Part shown: positions 9,618 through 21,883 of the stretch, piece after piece
How positions within the stretch are numbered: position 1 is the stretch's first letter
Layout of the letters: each line of letters begins with the position of its first letter
Assembly: GCA_963741665.1 (NCBI GenBank)
Contig: CAVUIM010000004.1
Location: 957,122 to 1,021,121 of the forward strand
Reading direction: 5' to 3'
DNA length: 64,000 bases
Source of the DNA: an uncultured Acidobacteriota bacterium
Lineage (GTDB): Bacteria > Acidobacteriota > Vicinamibacteria > Vicinamibacterales > UBA2999
The notes under the pieces: model-generated
What the model saw: only the letters and a program-made list of their open reading frames with translations
Told to the model about the DNA's origin: nothing
Database searches by the model: none
Program-made: the position numbers and the translations under genes

Positions 9618-10170
9618 TCTTCTGGCCGACCTGGCCAGCGCCTTCGATGCCCTGGGCATGGCGTGGTACCTCTTCGGCGCCCAGGCGGCGATCGTCTACG
9701 GCGTGGCGCGGATGACCGCCGACGTCGATGTCACGGTACAGGCCCCGGCGGGGAGGACGACCGCCGACTGGCTCGCGGTGGTCGAGAGCCACGGGTTCGA
9801 GGCCCGGTTCGCCGATCCTGCCTTCGTGGCCGCCACCCGCGTCCTCCCCCTCGTCCATCGCGCGACTCAATTCCCGGTCGACGTCGTCATCGCCGGCCCC
9901 GGCCTCGAGGACGAGTTCATGACGCGTGCCGTGCGCCGCGAGGTCGAAGGGGTCGTCGTGCCGGTCGTGGATGTCTCCGATCTCGTCATCCTGAAGGTGC
10001 TGGCGGGGCGGCCGAAGGACGAGGAGGACGTGACGATGCTGGTCCGCATCCACGGCCACTCGCTGGACCACGCGCGCATCCGGCAGGTCCTGGGATCGTT
10101 GCAGGACGCGCTCGGACAAAGCGACCTGCTGCCGGCGCTGGCGCGGGCGCAGGCACGAGCCGCGCGGTGA
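9598..10170 (+). CDS. nucleotidyltransferase-fold protein (Pol-beta-like NTase superfamily), hypothetical
   Basis: FGAQAAIVYGVARMTADVDV fits the hG[GS]-x9-13-DxD NTase motif. GTG start at 9598. Confidence 0.4.
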   Translation: MRSPVADLLADLASAFDALGMAWYLFGAQAAIVYGVARMTADVDVTVQAPAGRTTADWLAVVESHGFEARFADPAFVAATRVLPLVHRATQFPVDVVIAGPGLEDEFMTRAVRREVEGVVVPVVDVSDLVILKVLAGRPKDEEDVTMLVRIHGHSLDHARIRQVLGSLQDALGQSDLLPALARAQARAAR

Positions 10171-10176
10171 CCGCGC

Positions 10177-10803
10177 CTACTTCTTCTTGCTCTTCGCCAG
10201 GCGGCTGCCGCTGCCGCCCGTGACGTAGAGCTGCGCCAGCACGCCGACGACGCCGAGCGCGATCCACGCCCACGGCACCCAGGCCTGGCCGGGCGCCGGC
10301 TGCATCGGATAGGGCACCCACACGTCGCCAGCGGCCGCGGCCGCCAGCCTGGCTTTGTCGCCGGCGACGGCGAGCGCACCGACCAGCACCGCCCAGGCGC
10401 CGGCGAACGCCGTGCCGGCGATCGTCACGTAGCGCTGCAGCCACGTCGACAGCCACGCGCCGGCCACCGCGGCGAGGATCACCAGATACGGGTGCGGATC
10501 GCCGTTCACCTGCGTCCAGATGAGCGTGACGGCCAGCGCGCCGAGACCCGCGCCGACCAGGGCCACGCCGATGAACGACGCGGCCACCATGATGACCGCG
10601 CCGGCCAGGCCGCCGACGAGGAAGGCCCCGGCCATGTAGGCCGTCTCACTGGTGCCGAGAATCGAGCTGGCGGCCAGCCCGCCGATGATGAAGCCGAACG
10701 CGGCCAACACCCACCACAGGAGGCGATAGCCGGCCACGCAGGCCATCAAGCCGCACACGATGAGAACGACGGCGGCGGGCAGCTGGTAGGAGATGGGGAG
10801 CAT
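10177..10803 (-). CDS. integral membrane protein, hypothetical (about 6 TM, C-terminal KSKKK)
   Basis: 208-aa ORF that is almost entirely hydrophobic helices. Confidence 0.55.
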   Translation of the reverse strand: MLPISYQLPAAVVLIVCGLMACVAGYRLLWWVLAAFGFIIGGLAASSILGTSETAYMAGAFLVGGLAGAVIMVAASFIGVALVGAGLGALAVTLIWTQVNGDPHPYLVILAAVAGAWLSTWLQRYVTIAGTAFAGAWAVLVGALAVAGDKARLAAAAAGDVWVPYPMQPAPGQAWVPWAWIALGVVGVLAQLYVTGGSGSRLAKSKKK

Positions 10804-10805
10804 GA

Positions 10806-11402
10806 CTACGAGACGTCCCGCCGCCCCTCCATGGCCTTGCCCATCGTGAGCTCGTCGGCGTACTCGAGGTCGCTGCCCACGGGGATGCCGGTGGCAATGC
10901 GCGTCACCCGGACGCCGAGCGGACGCAGCAGCCTGGCCAGGTAGATGGCCGTCGCTTCGCCTTCCACGGTGGGGCTGGTGGCGAGGATCACCTCGTCGAT
11001 GCGGTCGCCGTCGATGCGGGCGAGCAGCGCCTTGATCTTGAGGTCGTCGGGGCCGATGCCCTGGAGCGGCGAGATGGTGCCCATCAGCACGTGGTACATG
11101 CCGCGGAAGCCGCGCGACTTCTCGATCACGTTGACGTTCTGCGGCTCTTCGACCACGCAGATGATCTTCTGATCACGAGTGTCGTCGCCGCAGTAGCGGC
11201 ACGGGTCGACGTCGGTGATGTTGTGGCACACCGAGCAGTAGGTGACGTTGTCCTTCACCTGCCGGATGGCGTCGCACAGCCGCTCGGTGTCCTCGCGCGG
11301 GGTCTTGAGCACGTGGAACGCCAGGCGCTGGGCGCTCTTGGCGCCGACGCCGGGCAGCTTGCGGAACTGTTCGATCAGCGCGTCGAGCGGACCTGGAAGC
11401 AC
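10806..11402 (-). CDS. recR: recombination protein RecR
   Basis: C4 zinc finger [16 protein letters not shown], Toprim domain and C-terminal Walker-like [15 protein letters not shown]. Confidence 0.95.
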   Translation of the reverse strand: MLPGPLDALIEQFRKLPGVGAKSAQRLAFHVLKTPREDTERLCDAIRQVKDNVTYCSVCHNITDVDPCRYCGDDTRDQKIICVVEEPQNVNVIEKSRGFRGMYHVLMGTISPLQGIGPDDLKIKALLARIDGDRIDEVILATSPTVEGEATAIYLARLLRPLGVRVTRIATGIPVGSDLEYADELTMGKAMEGRRDVS

Positions 11403-11409
11403 AGGGACC

Positions 11410-13128
11410 TTACATTTCCTCGATTTTCGTGCGTTCGACGGGGAAGATCTCGAAGAGTGCCTGCACGCCCGGATCGGCCAGCGCCTCCTGGCGCAGCTCC
11501 TCGTCGCTGGCGCCGGTGACCACGGGCGTGCGCGCCGGAGCGGCCGCCGGCACGGTGGCAGGCGCGGGCGGCGGCGCGCCGGCCTCGCCCGGCGTCACCG
11601 TGGTGACGTGCACGGTCAGCTCCTGGCCGAACGTCTGAGCGGCGAGCGACGTCAGCCAGTCGCGATTCTCCTCGCACTGCGCCCGCGGCACCTTCTGGTT
11701 CGGCAGGAACGCGAAGGTGATGCGCGGCGGCGCGATGTCGATGCGATAGGCCTGGGCGACGACGGCGTTGAAGAAGAACTGCTTGCCGGCCCTGATCGCC
11801 GCGAGATACCGATCGCGGGCGTCGGATCCGCCGCCGCTGCCGGCGGGCGGCGCACTCGGCGCCGCTGGCACCGGCCCTGCCGCCGGTGCCGAGGCACGCG
11901 ACGGCGCGGGCGGAGCGGCGGCCGCGCGAGCCGGCGGCATCGCCGGACGCGCGGCGGCGGCCGGCACCGCGGGGCGGGCGCTGCCCGCCATCGGACGGGC
12001 GCCGCCATCGAGCAGTTCGGCCAGCGGCACCAGTTTGCGCAGGTGCATCAGCCGCACCAGCGCCATCTCGAGCTGGAAGCGCGGATGGTCGGAGTGACGC
12101 ACGTCGAACTCGGCGCGGGTGAAGGCGTCGAAGGCGCGCAGCAGATCCTCGCGCGAATACTGACCGCCGATCGCCGTCAGCCGCGGCCGCTCCGACTCCC
12201 CGGCCACGTCGGGATCCTTGAGGCGGGCCGGATCCACCGACACCAGCAGCAGGTCGCGGGTGGCGCGGGCCAGCTCGCGGCACAGGATCCGCAGGTCGTA
12301 GCCACGTTCGATCGCCGTCTCGACCAGCGCGAAGGCGGCGGCGGCGTCCTCGGCCGCCACGGCGTCGAGCACGTCGAACACCAGGTCGCGGCCGACCAGC
12401 CCGAGCACCGACGTCACGTCCTCGATGGTCAGGGTGTCGCCGGCGAACGCCCGCACCTGGTCGAAGGCGCTGAGCGAGTCGCGCATGCTGCCCTCGCCGG
12501 CCCGCGCCAGCACCAGCAGCGCGTCGTCGGGCACCGCGATGCCCTCCTGCTCTGCCACGTAGCGCAGCCGCTCGGCGACGGTCTTGGACGAGATGGTCTT
12601 GAACTCGTAGATCTGCGACCGCGACAGCACGGTGTCGGGGATCTTCTGCAGTTCGGTCGTCGCCATCATGAAGACGACGTGCGGCGGCGGCTCCTCGATC
12701 GACTTCAGCAGCGCGTTGAAGGACGAGGTCGAGAGCATGTGCACCTCGTCGATGAGGAACACCTTGTAGCGGTTGCGCACCGGGGCAATCGCCAGGCCCT
12801 CGATGATCACCTCGCGGACGTTGTCGACGCCGGTATGGGTGGCGGCGTCGATCTCGAGCACGTCGATGTCGCGGCCCTCGGCGATCTCGATGCAGGCGTC
12901 GCACACCCCGCACGGGGTCGGCGTCGGCCCCTCGGCGCAGTTGAGCGCCCGGGCGAGGATGCGCGCCGTGGTCGTCTTGCCGCAGCCGCGCGGCCCGGCG
13001 AAGACGAACGCCTGGGCGATCCGCCTGCTCTTCAGGGCGTTGCGCAGGGTGCGGGTGACGGCCTGCTGTCCCAGGACGTCGTCGAGCGTCTGGGGCCGCC
13101 ACTTCCGCGCGAGCGCCTGGTAGGACAT
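11410..13128 (-). CDS. dnaX: DNA polymerase III subunits gamma/tau
   Basis: [22 protein letters not shown]...[22 protein letters not shown] with a zinc module CGVCDACIE and a proline/alanine-rich tau linker. Confidence 0.95.
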   Translation of the reverse strand: MSYQALARKWRPQTLDDVLGQQAVTRTLRNALKSRRIAQAFVFAGPRGCGKTTTARILARALNCAEGPTPTPCGVCDACIEIAEGRDIDVLEIDAATHTGVDNVREVIIEGLAIAPVRNRYKVFLIDEVHMLSTSSFNALLKSIEEPPPHVVFMMATTELQKIPDTVLSRSQIYEFKTISSKTVAERLRYVAEQEGIAVPDDALLVLARAGEGSMRDSLSAFDQVRAFAGDTLTIEDVTSVLGLVGRDLVFDVLDAVAAEDAAAAFALVETAIERGYDLRILCRELARATRDLLLVSVDPARLKDPDVAGESERPRLTAIGGQYSREDLLRAFDAFTRAEFDVRHSDHPRFQLEMALVRLMHLRKLVPLAELLDGGARPMAGSARPAVPAAAARPAMPPARAAAAPPAPSRASAPAAGPVPAAPSAPPAGSGGGSDARDRYLAAIRAGKQFFFNAVVAQAYRIDIAPPRITFAFLPNQKVPRAQCEENRDWLTSLAAQTFGQELTVHVTTVTPGEAGAPPPAPATVPAAAPARTPVVTGASDEELRQEALADPGVQALFEIFPVERTKIEEM

Positions 13129-13155
13129 GGGGTCGAATCAGCTGACGGGACTCGA

Positions 13156-13272
13156 GCCCCACCGCAGCCCGGAGGTCCTGCAGCACATCTCAGGAGCTGC
13201 TGAGCGCTGCTGCCTTCCGGCCCTGACGCGGTTCGCAGACTGACATTGCACAGGTTCCGGGCCGCGGTGCGG
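13156..13272 (-). ncRNA. ffs: signal recognition particle RNA (small bacterial 4.5S-type SRP RNA)
   Basis: The minus strand reads ...GUCAGGGCCGGAAGGCAGCAGC...GAUGUGCUGCAGG..., matching the conserved SRP RNA domain IV motif (E. coli GUCAGGUCCGGAAGGAAGCAGC ... GGAUGUAGCUGGCAGG). The termini CACCGCGGCCCGG / CCGGGCUGCGGUG form a 13-bp closing helix. The position immediately upstream of dnaX is the classical ffs location. Confidence 0.7.
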
Positions 13273-13427
13273 CCCGCCGCCCCAGGCGCCGTGCTGGACG
13301 CGCAAAATGCGCCGGGACGAACGTTCAGTGTAGCGTGCCGGACGCCACAGCGGCAAGCGGAATGGCCGAGCTTCCGTGCTAGGATTTCCGCCACGTTCAC
13401 AAGCTCGATTCACGTCAATCTTGGAGG

Positions 13428-16245
13428 TTGGCAATGCGTTGGTGTCATGCAAGCCGGGCCGTCGTGCTCGCCGTTCTCCTGGCCGGCGTCGAAGCCCTGT
13501 TCCCGGCCCACACGGGAGCCCAAACCCCGACGTTCACCGTCGAAGGCGTCATCACCGACGAGCAGCAGGCGGTGCTGCCCGGCGCGACGGTGACCATTCG
13601 TAATACCGCGACCAACCTGTCGCGCACCGCCGTCACCGACGAGAGCGGCCGCTACGTCTTCGCGGCGCTGCCCCCCGAGGGCCGCTACGAGATCAGCGTC
13701 GAGCTGACCGGCTTCTCGACCCAGCTGCGCAACAACCTGGCGTTCAACGCCGGGCAGCGCGCCGTGATCAACGTGCCGATGAAGCTGTCGAACATCCAGG
13801 AGACGATCACCGTGGCTGGCGAGGCGCCGCTGATTCAGGTGACCACCTCGGAGGTGTCGACCACCATCGATCGCCGGGCGTTCGAGACCCTGCCGGTGGC
13901 CCAGCGCAACTACATGCGGCTGCTGTCGCTCGACTCCAACGTCGTGCAGAGCCGGCCCGGCACCAACGCCGTCAACGTCGGCGGCGGCGAGGTGTGGAAC
14001 TTCGGCACCTACGTCGACGGCACCAACAACCACTCCAAGTGGCTGACGCTGCAGCGCGCGCCGCAGCTGGGCTCGGGCGGCTTCGCGCTCGAGACGGTCA
14101 AAGAAGTGCAGCTCATCACCAACGCGTTCTCGGTGGAGTTCGGCGGCCACTCGGCCGGCGTCGCCAGCATGATCACCAAGAGCGGCACCAATTCGGTCGC
14201 CGGCTCGATCTTCGCGATGCTGCGGCCCGGCGATCTGGATGCGCGGCCGCCCCTGGCCCGCGTCGACGTGCCCTACAACCAGCAGCAGCTCGGCGGCGTC
14301 ATCGGCGGCGCCCTGGTCCAGGACAAGATCTTCTACTTCGGCAGCTACGAGTATCGCCGCGAGCGCAGCGAAGTGGCCATCACGTCGGTCGCGTCACCGG
14401 TGCCGTCGGTCGAGACGCCGGCCAACGAGCACCAGGGTCACCTGCGGCTCGACTACCGCTTCAATCCCGTGCATACGGCCACCATCCGCTACAACACGGT
14501 GCGCTGGAACAAGGACAACGAGTCCGGCGGCCTGAACCTGGCCGGCACCGGCTTCATCTGGGACAACAACGTCGACACCGTGCACGGCATGTTCACCTCG
14601 GTGCTGTCGCCGCGGCTGCTGAACGAAGTGCGGGCGCAGTACCTCGCGCTACACCGACCGGCGCGCCGCCAAGCTCGACGCGGTCAGCATCCAGCGCACC
14701 AACTACGGCAACAGCGGCGGCAACGACCAGGGCACCTGGGGCGTCATCCCCGAAGTCACCTACGACCTCAGCAACACCGTGTCGATGTGGTTCGGCAAGC
14801 ACACGATGAAGGCCGGCGCGTCGATCACCTACGACGTCACCGACCAGCTGTTCCAGCCGCTGCAGAACGGCGTCTACACCTTCAACGGCAGCCCCACAGC
14901 GGCACCGACACCGTCGCTCTACCGGCAGTCGTTCGCGCTGGTCCCCGAGGCACGGATGATGTACCCGAAGGCCACCGTCGTCAGCGGCTTCTTCCAGGAG
15001 GACTGGCGCGTCCGCGACAACCTCACCCTCAACCTCGGACTGCGCTACGACGTGGAGTTCATCAAGGACATCCCCGACTGGCCGGCCGGCACCGACGGCA
15101 ACAACTTCGATCCGCGCGTCGGCTTCGCTTGGGATCCGACCGGCGAGCAGAAGTGGTCGGTCCGCGGCGGCTTCGGACGCTTCACCCAGCAGCATCCGAT
15201 CTTCACCATCGTCAAGGGCGGGGTGAGCGGCCGCAACGGCCAGGTGGTGCTGTCGCTGACCCCCACCGACCCGCTGTTCCCGGTGTTCCCCAACACGCTG
15301 TCGGCGTTCCCGCCGGGCGCGGTGCTGCCGGCCCGCGACATCCAGGAGATTTCGCCCGACCTCGGCAACGAGTATGCCTGGGCCGGCAACATGTCGGTGC
15401 AGCGCCAGGTCGGCCCCCGCGCCAGCGTCGAGATCGCGGCCAACATCAACCGCGGCGTGAAGCACGGCTTCCTCGACGTCAACCAGTCGGCGCCCGTGGA
15501 CAAGGCCGCCTTGAACGCGGCGATGGCCGCGGCGCCGCTGACCACGGTGTTCCGCAGCGCCGGCCTGGCCGACGCCACCCGGCCGATCACGCCGGCGGCC
15601 AACGGCTTCCGCCGGATGGACGTGCTGACCATGGAAGGCCGTTCCTGGTATCAGGGCGTTCGTGCCTCGGCGCGCCATCAGTCGACCGATCTCACCCTCA
15701 CCGCCTCCTATACGCTGTCGAAGGCCGAGGATCGCCTGAACCACTGGTTCGCGCCCGAGGACAGCTCGGATCCTGAACTGGATCGTGGCCGCACCGGCGC
15801 CGACACGCCGCACAACTTCGTCGCCAGCGCCACCTGGGACCTGCCCGGCGACAACTTCGTCGTCAACGGCTGGCGCCTGAGCGCCGTGCAGCACTCGCAG
15901 AGCGGCACGCCGTACTCGCTGCGCTACGCCGGCAACAACCCGACCGGCACTGGCCTCACCCAGTGCACCAACCGTGGCTGCCAGGTGGCCCGCCCCGGGG
16001 ACCGCAACACCGAACGCGGTCCGTTCATCAACTACACCGACGTCATGCTGTCGCGGACGTTCCAGATCGGCGAAGACCGGCTCGAGTTCCGCGCCGACAG
16101 CTTCAACCTGTTCAACAACTGGAACCTGACCTCCGACGGCATGGTCGGCATCATCGGCGCGGCCAACTTCGGCCAGCACACCGGCGGTTCGGCCGTGTTC
16201 CCGGGGCGGCAGTTCTCGTTCGCGGTCACCTACAGATACTGACTG
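13428..16245 (+). pseudogene. TonB-dependent receptor with N-terminal carboxypeptidase-regulatory-like domain; reading frame broken by a 1-nt indel near 14640-14655 (possible sequencing error)
   Basis: Frame 0 (13428..) carries the signal peptide, the CarboxypepD_reg-like TVTIRNTATNLSRTAVTDESGRYVF, plug and barrel up to ...NEVRAQYLAL. The frame then moves +1, where ...YTDRRAAKLDAVSIQRTNYGN...MWFGKHTMKAGASITYD continues to the C-terminal FSFAVTYRY (ORF 14779..16242). Confidence 0.7.
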
Positions 16246-16277
16246 GCGGCTAGCGGCTAGACCCACCGATACACGAC

Positions 16278-16316
16278 GAGGGCGGGTGCTGCGGCATCCG
16301 CCCTCGAATCTTTTCT
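16278..16316 (+). terminator. rho-independent terminator after the TonB receptor gene
   Basis: GAGGGCGG-N12-CCGCCCTC 8-bp stem followed by GAATCTTTTCTGG. Confidence 0.55.
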
Positions 16317-16326
16317 GGAGACACTC

Positions 16327-16952
16327 ATGACACGGTCACGATTCCTCGCGGCGATCGCCGCGCTTGCCTTCTCCTTCAGCGTGGCGGCCGTCGCCGAGGC
16401 GCAGCCCGGCGCCAAACCGGTGCGCGTGCGGGTGCAGACCACGCTCGGCGACATCGTCCTCGAGCTCGATCCGGCCAAGGCGCCGGGCACGACCGCCAAT
16501 TTCCTGAAGTACGTCGACGCCGGCCACTACGACGGCGGCACCTTCCATCGCACCGTCAAGATGGACAACCAGCCCGAGAGCACCATCAAGATCGAAGTGA
16601 TCCAGGCCGGCGTGAACGAGAAGGTCGCCAAGTCGGGCTTCCCCGCCATCCCGCTCGAACGCACCACCGTCACCGGGTTGAAGCACGTCGACGGCGCGGT
16701 GTCGATGGCGCGTGGCACCGCCGACAGCGCGACCTCCGGCTGGTTCATCTGCATCAACGACCAGCCGTCGCTCGATTTCGGCGGCCAGCGCAACCCCGAC
16801 GGCCAGGGCTTCGCCGCGTTCGGCCGCGTGGTCTCGGGCATGGACGTCGTGCGCAAGATCCAGCAGGCGCCGTCGTCGACCAACCGCACGACCAACCCGG
16901 AAGCGCAGCGCCTGACCCCGCCGATTGCCGTCACCAAGGTCGCACGCGTTCA

Positions 16953-16956
<4 letters not shown>
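16327..16956 (+). CDS. peptidyl-prolyl cis-trans isomerase, cyclophilin type, secreted
   Basis: Signal peptide followed by ...ETTLGDIVLELDPAKAPGTTANFLKYV...HRTVKMDN...GWFICINDQPSLD cyclophilin motifs. Confidence 0.9.
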
Positions 16957-18301
<1,345 letters not shown>

Positions 18302-18302
<1 letters not shown>

Positions 18303-18460
18303 TGTCCCGGAACCGAGGTTCGGTGACAGATATTTCGCGCGCGGCGCCCGGATCGCAAGGCGCGACGACCGAGGATATGGCGTATATCCGAGGGAGGATC
18401 AACGCAGCGAGGCGGGATGCCCCGCGGGAAATATGTTAGCGAACTTCGGTTTCGGGACAC
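18302..18460 (+). ncRNA. candidate structured RNA element, copy B: homologous to 5217-5377
   Basis: The core at 18344-18420 matches 5261-5337. The hairpin stem GGATAT/ATATCC is conserved while the loop differs (GGCGT vs GGACA). It is flanked by GTGTCCCGGAACCGAGGTTCG (18302-18322) and CGAACTTCGGTTTCGGGACAC (18440-18460), complementary at 21/21 positions if two G-U pairs are allowed on the plus-strand RNA. Total length 159 nt vs 161 nt for copy A. Confidence 0.35.
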
Positions 18461-20070
18461 TAAGACTGCCGGCGTGGGGACTGGCGGTGGTCGCCGCCGT
18501 CACCGCGACCGCGTGGCTCGCCACCGGCGCGCTGGTGCGCCGGGCCCGCATCGCGCAGCTGCCGCCGCTGCAGGTGGAGGCCGCCCCGCCAGCCGCCCGC
18601 GACGCGATTGCCGCGGCCGATCGCGACGCGCGCGCCGCGCCGTCGGCGGACACCGTCGGCGCGCTGGCGGCCGCGTATCACGCCAGCCAGCTGCCGGCCC
18701 CGGCTCTCGCCGCCTACGCCGTCGCCGAGGCGCTGGCCCCGGACACGTGGCGGTGGACCTACCTGCGCGCGTTGCTGCTCGAGGAGCGAAGCGACGCCGA
18801 CGGCGCGCGCGCGGCGTTCGATCAGGTGATCGCGCACTCGCCGGCCCACGGGCCGTCGTGGTTCCATCTCGGTGAACTCGCGTTCAAGAGCGGCCGGCTC
18901 GACGACGCGCACGCCGCCTACACCCGCGCCCGCGATGCCGCCGCGGAGGCGGCGTTCACGACCGCTGCCGTCGGCGCCCGGCAGACCGTGCCGCTCAGCG
19001 CCTACGCGCGGCTCGGCCTGGCCCGGGTCGCGCTCGAGCGCGGGTGGCCCGATGCCGCCGAACGGGAGTTGCAGGCGGCGGTGGCCGCCTCTCCGGGGTT
19101 CGGACCGGCCCGTGGCCTGCTGCGCGAGGTGGAACGACGGCGCGGCGGTACGCCGGTGGCGAGGGCACCAGCCTTCGAGAGTTCGTACGTCCCCGCCGGC
19201 CGATCCCCGGCTCGACGCCGTCGTCGCCGCGTCACATCACGCCGATGTGCTGCTGAAGCATGCCGGCCTGGCGGCCCGGGCTGGCGACGCGGCGTGGCGC
19301 GAGTTCCTGGTGCGCCGGGCCCAGACCGCGGCGCCGTCCGACCTGAACGTGCTGATGGAGATGGCGGCGATGCTGCAGTCGCAACGGCGCCTCTCAGAGG
19401 CGCTCGTCCCCTTGCAGCAGGCCGAGGCGCTCGCGCCCGGCGACCACCACGTGCTGGTCCAGCAAGGCAAGGTGCTGGCCGATCTCGGGCGCCTCGCCGA
19501 GGCCGAGGCGGTGTTGCGCCGGGCCGTCGCGGTTCGCGACACGACCGCCCAGTTCAACCTCGGCGCGGTACTCGATCAGCAGGGACGGTGGGACGAGGCT
19601 CGCGCCCGCTACGAAGCTGCGCTGGCCATCGACCCGTTCAACACCAGTGCGATGAACAACCTGGCCTCGGGCCTCGACCGGCGTGGCGACAACGCCGCCG
19701 CGCTCGCCCTCTTCGAACGGGCCATCGCCATCGCACCCGACCAGGCCGACTACTACACCAACTACGGCAGTGCGCTCGTCCAGGCGAAACGACTCGACGC
19801 TGCGGTCGACGCGCTGGCCGTCGCGATCACGCTCGATCCGCGCGCCGCCAACGCCCACAACAACCTCGGCATCGCCTTCGCACAGCAGCAGCGACTGGAC
19901 CTGGCGGCGCAGGCATTCGAGCGGGCATTGCAGATCGACCCGGCGCACGCCAACGCACGGCGCAACCTGGAATTGACGCGGCAGGTCCTGGCCACCGGCC
20001 GACCCTAGACCAGGATCGCAATTGGTGCGATCAGTCCAGCCCGGCCTGGACTAGGGACTGTCCCTAGTCC
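18433..20070 (+). pseudogene. membrane-anchored TPR-repeat protein; frame broken by a 1-nt indel near 19185-19210 (possible sequencing error)
   Basis: The 18433 frame gives an N-terminal TM followed by TPR-like helices up to ...AFESSYVP. The +1 frame (ORF 18872..20008) continues PADPRLDAVVAASHHADVLLKHAGL... with several canonical TPRs (AIDPFNTSAMNNLA, AIAPDQADYYTNYG, LDPRAANAHNNLG, IDPAHANARRNLE). Confidence 0.6.
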
Positions 20071-20100
20071 TGCCCCGCCCAGAACAGGGACTGTCCCTAC
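20040..20100. repeat. palindromic motifs between convergent genes: GTCCAGCCCGGCCTGGAC and two copies of (CT)AGGGACTGTCCCTA(G)
   Basis: Perfect palindrome CTAGGGACTGTCCCTAG at 20051-20067. A second AGGGACTGTCCCTA begins at about 20085. The 26-nt gap lies between the TPR gene end and the hydrolase gene end. Confidence 0.4.
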
Positions 20101-21233
20101 TGAGGGCGGGTGGCGATCTCCAGCAACTGAGGCGCCAGCAGGAAGTGGCCGGCGTTCTGTCCCTGGTTCATCAGCACCGCGACGGTCACACCGCTCTCCG
20201 GGTCGAAGAGCAGCAGGCTGCTGCCCAGGGCCATCCCGCCGCTGTGACCGAACTGCGGCCGGTCCAGGTAGTGATAGCCGCGGATGCCGAGGCCGGCACC
20301 GGTCTCGCCGGGGATGTTGCCCGCCGCCGGCACGAGCACGCGCAGCTCGGCCTGACGCTCGAGCGACACGACCGTGCCGGCGAAGAACGCGTGGCCCCAC
20401 GACGCGATCGCGGCGGCATCCGCATACAGACCGAACGCCGCCTGGCCGATCGACAAGAGCGACAGCCGATCGAGCGGAGAGACGACGCCACCGCTCCGCC
20501 CCACCGCCGCGGCCACCGGCCCCGGCGGCTCGTCCACGCCGGGCATGAAGATGGCGTGGAGCCCGAGCGGCGTCCACAGCCGTTGGCGATAGAGTTCTTC
20601 GATCGACCGCCCCGTCGCCCGTTCGGCGACCAGGCCGAGCAGCAGGAATCCGGTGTTCGTGTACTCGGTGCGATCGCCGGGCGCGAAGCTCGGCGGCCCG
20701 ACGAACGCCAGCAGCTCGTCCACGTTGAAGCGATGCGCGAGGTCGGCGTCGATCGCCGCGCCGAGGGCCGGATTCAGCGTGTAGTTGGCGAGCCCGGCGG
20801 TGTGCGTGAGCAGCTGGCGCAGCGTGATGGCGGGATCGACGTGCTCACGCGGGTCCAGCCAGCGCTCGACCGGATCGTCCAGCCGCAGCACCCCCTCGTC
20901 GACGAGCTGGAGAATCACGGCGGCGGTCATCGTCTTGGTGATGCTGGCGACGCCGACGAGATGTTCCGGACGCATCGGCTCATCGGGGCCGGCGAGACCT
21001 GACGCGCCGGTCCATGCCGCCCCGTCGGCCAGCACCACGGCGGCGGTGACGCCACGATGGCCTGGCCCGCGGGCCCAGTCGGACAGCGCCGATTGCAGCG
21101 CGGCGGCCAGGGCCTCGGGAACAGCGGCGACCTCTGCGGCGTCGCGTCCGGCGCTGGGCCGGAGTCCCGGCGCCAGGGGCCCGCTCGACGCGGCGGCCGT
21201 CACGGTCACGAGCAGCGCAGCGACTCTGAGCAT
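20097..21233 (-). CDS. serine hydrolase, beta-lactamase / DD-peptidase fold (class C-like), secreted
   Basis: ATG at 21233 gives MLRVAALLVTVTAAASSG (signal peptide), an SxxK active site (VASITKTMTAAV) and a YxN-like YTNTG motif. The remaining upstream part of listed ORF 20097..22145 is out-of-frame read-through. Confidence 0.75.
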   Translation of the reverse strand: MLRVAALLVTVTAAASSGPLAPGLRPSAGRDAAEVAAVPEALAAALQSALSDWARGPGHRGVTAAVVLADGAAWTGASGLAGPDEPMRPEHLVGVASITKTMTAAVILQLVDEGVLRLDDPVERWLDPREHVDPAITLRQLLTHTAGLANYTLNPALGAAIDADLAHRFNVDELLAFVGPPSFAPGDRTEYTNTGFLLLGLVAERATGRSIEELYRQRLWTPLGLHAIFMPGVDEPPGPVAAAVGRSGGVVSPLDRLSLLSIGQAAFGLYADAAAIASWGHAFFAGTVVSLERQAELRVLVPAAGNIPGETGAGLGIRGYHYLDRPQFGHSGGMALGSSLLLFDPESGVTVAVLMNQGQNAGHFLLAPQLLEIATRPQ

Positions 21234-21241
21234 CGGCGGCC

Positions 21242-21856
21242 TCAGAAACGGTACCCCAGGAGCAGTCCGAACGCGCGGGAACGGAATTCTGGTGGTGGGC
21301 CCTCGCTCAACTCCTTCAGCCCGATCGAGGTCCGCACGTCGACGATGACCGCACCGCGCCCAGTGGCCACCTCGAACCCGCCGCCCGCGGTCACGCCCGC
21401 ATCGAGGTCGACGATCCGGTCCGAGATGTCCACCGACTGCCCGGCGGATCGCTGCCTGACGCGCGACACGACACTCAGGTAGGGGCCGGCATAGACCATG
21501 GGCCGGACCCGCCGTTGAGACCCCGCGATGACCTGCACCAGCAGCGGCACCTCGACGACGCGGCTGCGCACGCTGAATGCGATCGGCAGTCCCGCCGACG
21601 AGAAACGCCGCTCGGCATAGAGCACTTCCGCCTGCAGGCGGAGGCGCCGACCGATCTCGACGGCGACGAACCCGCCGGCCGTCGCGCCGGCGTCCGCCGA
21701 GGTGTCGAACGCCCCGGCGCCGTCGACGTTCAATCGGGCGGCGACGACTCCGGCCTTGACACCGGCGCTGACCGTCTGCGCCGCGGCCGGTTGACCCACG
21801 GCCAGCAGCGCCGCGCACACGATCGCCCACACGACTCCCGACTTGTCGTCTCGCAC
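21242..21856 (-). CDS. outer-membrane beta-barrel protein (OmpA-like/OmpW-like barrel family), hypothetical
   Basis: Signal peptide AALLAVGQPAAAQ, alternating amphipathic strands and a C-terminal GLLLGYRF (terminal Phe). Confidence 0.55.
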   Translation of the reverse strand: MRDDKSGVVWAIVCAALLAVGQPAAAQTVSAGVKAGVVAARLNVDGAGAFDTSADAGATAGGFVAVEIGRRLRLQAEVLYAERRFSSAGLPIAFSVRSRVVEVPLLVQVIAGSQRRVRPMVYAGPYLSVVSRVRQRSAGQSVDISDRIVDLDAGVTAGGGFEVATGRGAVIVDVRTSIGLKELSEGPPPEFRSRAFGLLLGYRF

Positions 21857-21883
21857 GTCGTCCTCCGTTGGATGTGAAGTCGT

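Noticed and set aside
11242-13203. 653-aa (+) and 603-aa (-) ORFs overlapping dnaX
   Set aside because: Out-of-frame shadows of dnaX. Only the 11410..13128 minus frame gives the clamp-loader motifs.
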